DNA of 64,000 nt, taken from positions 8,584 through 72,583 of the forward strand of contig DASRXG010000066.1 of NCBI GenBank assembly GCA_035654275.1, written 5' to 3'. The notes beneath the pieces are model-generated. The model worked only from the letters and a program-made list of their open reading frames with translations. It did not search any database and was not told where the DNA came from. A program made the translations under genes and the position numbers. This DNA comes from Noviherbaspirillum sp. (lineage in GTDB: Bacteria; Pseudomonadota; Gammaproteobacteria; Burkholderiales; Burkholderiaceae_D). Shown one piece after another: positions 57,108-64,000 of the stretch (the stretch's first letter is position 1; every line of letters begins with the position of its first letter).

Positions 57108-57160
57108 AGGCAAGTGCCGGACCGTCACGCACGGTTTCGCCACTTGCCTTTCTGTTTTTT
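57108..57160 (+). terminator. Probable terminator or attenuating hairpin after mdh
   Basis: AGGCAAGTG...CACTTGCCT stem followed by TTCTGTTTTTT. Confidence 0.65.
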
Positions 57161-57186
57161 GGATCCCACCTGAAGCGAGGCTGCAC

Positions 57187-58158
57187 ATGCACCCGTCCGA
57201 GGTCTTATTCCAGGGCAAACACCAGCCGGTCTCCATTCCCGTCTGCGATCACTACGCCGGCTCCGATAAGCTGATGCGAAAGTCGATTGCTCTGCAACAA
57301 GAACTAGGCCCTGTTTTCGATATTACGTTCGATTGTGAAGATGGTGCCAGCGCGGGAAACGAAGCGGCACACGCCCGGTTGGTTGCTGCGCTGATCAATA
57401 GCGATGACAACCGTTTCAACCGTATCGGCGCGCGCGTCCATGCCCTGACCCATCCCTGCTTCGAGCAGGACGTCTCCCTCATATGCGAAGGGGCGGCCAG
57501 CCGCCTCGCCTATCTCGTTGTTCCCAAAGTCGATAGCGCCGCAGACGTCACGCGTGCGATCGACATCATCAATCTCCATGCAAACAGATACGGCCGCAAA
57601 GACCTGCCGGTGCATGTACTGATCGAATCACATGGTGCGCTTGCACAAGCGCATGCAATCGCCGCGCTGCCTCAGGTCGAATGCCTGTCATTCGGCGTGA
57701 TGGATTTCGTGTCCGCGCACTATGGCGCGATACCAGGCAGTGCGATGCGCTCTCCCGGACAGTTCAGCCACCCCTTGGTGCGGCGCGCCAAGCTGGAAAT
57801 TGCGGCGGCATGCCACGCCCACGGCAAGGTTCCCTCTCATAACGTGACGACCGAGATCAAGGATTTGGGCGTTGTTGCTGCAGATGCAAGCTGCGCGGCG
57901 CTGGAATTCGGTTATACAAGAATGTGGAGTATCCATCCGGATCAGATCAAACCGATACTGAAAGCGTTTTCGCCGGACACTGCGGAAGTCAACGACGCAA
58001 CACATATCCTACTTGCAGCGCAAGCTAACCAGTGGGGTCCGATACAATACAAAGGCACGTTGCACGATCGCGCCAGCTATCGCTACTACTGGACAATTTT
58101 GCAACGCGCCCGGTCGAGCGGCATGCCAATGCCGGACTCGTCGGAAAGCCTGTTTTAA
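57187..58158 (+). CDS. HpcH/HpaI aldolase / citrate lyase beta (CitE-like) family protein
   Basis: DCEDGA, VPKV, LIES, FGVMDF, WSIHPDQI motifs. Confidence 0.88.
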   Translation: MHPSEVLFQGKHQPVSIPVCDHYAGSDKLMRKSIALQQELGPVFDITFDCEDGASAGNEAAHARLVAALINSDDNRFNRIGARVHALTHPCFEQDVSLICEGAASRLAYLVVPKVDSAADVTRAIDIINLHANRYGRKDLPVHVLIESHGALAQAHAIAALPQVECLSFGVMDFVSAHYGAIPGSAMRSPGQFSHPLVRRAKLEIAAACHAHGKVPSHNVTTEIKDLGVVAADASCAALEFGYTRMWSIHPDQIKPILKAFSPDTAEVNDATHILLAAQANQWGPIQYKGTLHDRASYRYYWTILQRARSSGMPMPDSSESLF

Positions 58159-58227
58159 TTGACAACATGTGACGCTCCCATAAAACCAATTACACGGCGC
58201 GCACTCTAGAGAGGAGAAAGCCTCAAA

Positions 58228-58695
58228 ATGCAGAAACTGTCATCACTTATTCTTTTAACCGTCGGCCTCGCCTGCGGCGCCACTTCCGCCATGGCCACCC
58301 CTGCTCCTTCCAATGAGGGAGCAAAGAAAGCGGCTGTGCAGAAAGTATCTGCCGCATCCAAGAAAGCTCACACTGCCAAGGGTGAAGAACCCGAACCGGA
58401 TGTGGGCGGACTGTTACCAACAGCGTACGATTGTGAACTTGGCAATAAGCTGACGATCTACACTGATGCCAACAATGACCAGCAGATCGCCCTGCAGTGG
58501 AATAAGCGCATGCACCGCATGACCCGCGTCAGCACCACGACCGGTGCGCAGCGCTTCGAGAATCCCCAGAACGGCCTGGTCTGGATTGGCATTCCGGCCA
58601 AAGGCATGCTGCTTGACTCCAAGAAGGGCAAGCAGCTCGCCAATGAATGCAAGAGCCCGGAACAGCGGGCACAACAAGTGGCGGAGAACGGCTGA
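58228..58695 (+). CDS. Exported protein with MliC/PliC-like domain
   Basis: Signal peptide ending AMA, YDC...EC cysteine pair, STTTGAQRF and LVWI motifs; GAGGAG RBS. Confidence 0.72.
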   Translation: MQKLSSLILLTVGLACGATSAMATPAPSNEGAKKAAVQKVSAASKKAHTAKGEEPEPDVGGLLPTAYDCELGNKLTIYTDANNDQQIALQWNKRMHRMTRVSTTTGAQRFENPQNGLVWIGIPAKGMLLDSKKGKQLANECKSPEQRAQQVAENG

Positions 58696-58816
58696 CACTG
58701 ACTTTCTCCAGATAAATTCGGGGCGCGGCTTGTGCGCGTCACGCTTGGCAGGCGCCCCACTCGTACGGTTCTAAGCCCATTAACCAAGCCCATTAACAAT
58801 AATCTAAGGAGTGGCT

Positions 58817-61528
<2,712 letters not shown>

Positions 61529-61660
61529 CTACCTGCAACTCCCCGGCTCGCATCATGGCCGGGGACCGTATTTGCAAGGCAGGTGTAAGAAAGCGCCTGT
61601 ACCCTTCGGGAAAAAGCCGAACATACGGCGTTTTTCGATACTTATTTTTGGAGACATATC

Positions 61661-61882
61661 ATGTGGAAAATTTTCGTAGGATTTATCGCTTTTGCGCTTC
61701 TCGCCCTGTTCGTCATCATGAAAGGCGGCGACAAGGTTGACATGGCGGGTGAAGCAGCCGGCCATAATCCGACGGAGGCTTCCGCACCTGCTCACGGCGC
61801 CGCTTCGGCACCGGAAGCACCCGCAGCAGCACCGGCGACTCCGGCAGCACCTGCATCGGCTGCACCGGAAGCATCGAAGTAA
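61661..61882 (+). CDS. Small single-pass membrane protein with Ala/Pro-rich tail
   Basis: GGAG RBS, one hydrophobic helix, followed by a strong terminator. Confidence 0.78.
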   Translation: MWKIFVGFIAFALLALFVIMKGGDKVDMAGEAAGHNPTEASAPAHGAASAPEAPAAAPATPAAPASAAPEASK

Positions 61883-61897
61883 TCCCTGTTTCCCCGC

Positions 61898-61929
61898 AAA
61901 GCCGCATGGCGCCACCATGCGGCTTTTTT
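61898..61929 (+). terminator. Intrinsic terminator
   Basis: AAAGCCGCATGG-N5-CCATGCGGCTTTTTT. Confidence 0.9.
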
Positions 61930-62087
61930 GTTTTTTGAGCATATACTGCTATGCGGGTTTGGCATTCATTACACGGCTTCGGTGCCTCGGGGTCGTATGC
62001 ACTCACCTAACCAGCTATCCCCAACTTTTGATAGCTGCCTGTTGAATCATCTACAATACGCTTCCTTCGCCTCAGTCCTGATTCGTC

Positions 62088-63335
62088 ATGCGCCGTTTGT
62101 CCAAAAGCTCTTCCAACAAATTGTCTGCCGACAGCCAACGCATGGTTTCCGTTGCACAAGGTCTGGCACAAGCTGCCAGCCGCGTCGAAGAGCGCAACTG
62201 GGAACATTCGCTGGACAGCCTCATCCTCAAAGCCCTCAAGGGCGCGCATCAGGAGACCATCGATGCGGCGCTGGAGCATTTGTTCAGGACCGACCTGAAC
62301 GCCTATGACGCGCTGATGGAATCCGTGGAGGCAGGTAGCGAGTCATGCGTGGTCGAGCATGAAGGTGTCCAATATCAAGCGCTGCTGATTGCCGCGCCGA
62401 TCCTTGCCTGGACGCGTTTTTCGATTGCCTCCGGCACGATTGCCGAGGACATGCGCACTACCTTGATGGCACATCTGCATGGACACCTGCTGGCATCCGA
62501 TACGCGCCTTGCGATGGCGCCGACCCTGTTCGCGATTGACCAGTTGCCGCGCACCCATGCGGAAACCTATACGTTGACGCAACGCATGGCACAGGCTGCC
62601 ATCAAGGGCTCGCCTATGCGCGCACTCAATAACGCGCCGGAAACCGCGCCCTTCCTCGCCGATACGCGTTATCTACTTGCCGCAGTTGCCGCACCAGTCG
62701 GTGCCCCGCTCTTTACCTGGCAAGCGACGATGAACACTGCCGACCGTTCACTCGCACTAGCGCAATGGCGCGCCCAGGCAATGCCAAACATTGCATCGCT
62801 CCTGCCGGGCTGCGGTGTCGAACTGTTGATGCCGGAAGCCTATTACGTCGCCTGCCGCGAAGCGGACAAACATATCCGTCCTGCATCGATTCGTGCGGCC
62901 GTCCATTTCCTCACCCACACCCTCGGTGTGGAGGCCACCGGGCTGCGCGCCATCATTGGCGGCTTCAGTGAAGATAACGTGGAAGACCGTGTCGATGAAT
63001 ACCGTATCGGCTTCACCCTGCGACAAAACCCCGAAGTCATCTACGGCGTTGTCTGGCCGCTCTACGGCAGGGAAGACGAGGAAGAACCTGCCGCAACCAG
63101 CTTCGAAGCACTGACCACGCCGGAGGTACTCGACACCGAAATGCGCACGCCGCTGGAAGAAATCGTCGCACTGCTGCGCGCCTGCGGCATTACGCATATC
63201 AAGCGTCACACGGAATTGTTTCCGATGGAGTTCTGCGATGATTGCGGCGCCCCGCTCTATCCCGACCCGGATGCGGAACTCGTACACGCGGAAATGCCGG
63301 AAGACGCGCCGACGGGAACCGGGCATTTCCACTGA
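62088..63335 (+). CDS. DUF2863 family protein
   Basis: 415-aa ORF with SRVEERNWE, EAYYVACR, EYRIGFT, YGVVWPLYG and EFCDDCGAPLYP motifs that I recognise from this betaproteobacterial family. Confidence 0.8.
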   Translation: MRRLSKSSSNKLSADSQRMVSVAQGLAQAASRVEERNWEHSLDSLILKALKGAHQETIDAALEHLFRTDLNAYDALMESVEAGSESCVVEHEGVQYQALLIAAPILAWTRFSIASGTIAEDMRTTLMAHLHGHLLASDTRLAMAPTLFAIDQLPRTHAETYTLTQRMAQAAIKGSPMRALNNAPETAPFLADTRYLLAAVAAPVGAPLFTWQATMNTADRSLALAQWRAQAMPNIASLLPGCGVELLMPEAYYVACREADKHIRPASIRAAVHFLTHTLGVEATGLRAIIGGFSEDNVEDRVDEYRIGFTLRQNPEVIYGVVWPLYGREDEEEPAATSFEALTTPEVLDTEMRTPLEEIVALLRACGITHIKRHTELFPMEFCDDCGAPLYPDPDAELVHAEMPEDAPTGTGHFH

Positions 63336-63395
63336 CACACTGCATTCAGGAGCCGTCAGTACGAGCGCGTTATTCAACGCGCCGGAACCGTGGGT

Positions 63396-63860
63396 TCACC
63401 ACTTTGTATAGGGATGGCGTAGCAGATTGGCGTTGAAATAGCGCGCGTCGTGCGTGACCTCTTCGCCAATCCACTCCGGCCTGGCAAATGCCTGCTGCTC
63501 CGATTCCAGCTCGACTTCCGCCACCACCAAGCCTGTATTCTCGCCGAGGAATTCGTCGACTTCCCACACCATGCCCTGAAAGGGAATGCGGTAGCGGTAT
63601 TTTTCAATGATCGGCCGTTCGCACAAGTTGTCGAGGAATGCCCGCGCATCCTCCATGGGAATCGGATATTCCCATTCCGAACGCGTCATGCCGCTAGTAC
63701 GCCCCTTGATCGTGAGCATGGCTGCATCACCCTCGATGCGCACGCGTACAATGCGCTCCGGTGCGGAAGAAAGATAACCTTGTCGCAGCAGCACGCCTTG
63801 TCCCAGCGACTTCCAATCCTGGTTGCGAACCAGGAACTTCCTTTCGATTTCCACACCCAC
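63396..63860 (-). CDS. CYTH domain protein (triphosphate tunnel metalloenzyme)
   Basis: EIERKFLV (ExExK), RVRI, KYRY, WEVDEF, EVEL, RYFNANL. Confidence 0.92.
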   Translation of the reverse strand: MGVEIERKFLVRNQDWKSLGQGVLLRQGYLSSAPERIVRVRIEGDAAMLTIKGRTSGMTRSEWEYPIPMEDARAFLDNLCERPIIEKYRYRIPFQGMVWEVDEFLGENTGLVVAEVELESEQQAFARPEWIGEEVTHDARYFNANLLRHPYTKW

Positions 63861-63861
63861 T

Positions 63862-64000
63862 TTAGCCTCGCGTCAGTGCATGCAGGATCGGCTGCAGGAT
63901 TGCCTTGCCTAGCTGGACGCTGCGTGCGCTATTCCATCCGACAATTGGATCCGGCAAGTCTGCGTTGTCCTTGAACGGCATTTCCAGTGTCAGCGACAGG
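63862..64000 (-). CDS. M14 family zinc carboxypeptidase, C-terminal fragment (runs off window)
   Basis: Manual translation LSLTLEMPFKDNADLPDPIVGWNSARSVQLGKAILQPILHALTRG*; TLEMPFKD is typical of cytosolic carboxypeptidase-like M14 enzymes. Confidence 0.75.
   Translation of the reverse strand, partial: LSLTLEMPFKDNADLPDPIVGWNSARSVQLGKAILQPILHALTRG

Overview
Core-genome window from a betaproteobacterium. Gene order and protein sequences point to Burkholderiales, probably Oxalobacteraceae (Noviherbaspirillum/Herbaspirillum-like); this taxonomy is an inference. From left to right: tRNA-Ser(GCT), lysC-tilS-accA-alkA-cysS, ppiA-ppiB-lpxH, yceH-cysE-rlmB-rnr, tRNA-Leu(CAG), the long ndk-rlmN-pilW-rodZ-ispG-hisS-yfgM-bamB-der-hfq-hflX-hflKC-hisZ-purA run, yccA, surE-pcm-nlpD-rpoS-exonuclease-rlmD, a quinone oxidoreductase, a DinG/YoaA helicase, a PP2C phosphatase and zapE. 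A contiguous TCA cluster follows (GntR/SdhR-sdhCDAB-sdhE-gltA-sucAB-lpdA, divergent from mdh-citE-like-acnA), then DUF2863, CYTH and a partial M14 carboxypeptidase gene. I see no mobile element, prophage, CRISPR array or defence system, and I cannot claim a new multi-gene system. The best leads are non-coding: a structured ~175-nt mdh leader with competing helices, the known sucA RNA motif, a multi-stem cysS leader, a perfect FNR-type box over the lysC transcription start, FadP- and SdhR-type operators and an unassigned palindrome at the sucA promoter. Several uncharacterised envelope proteins and a lone CitE-like lyase also sit among the TCA genes.
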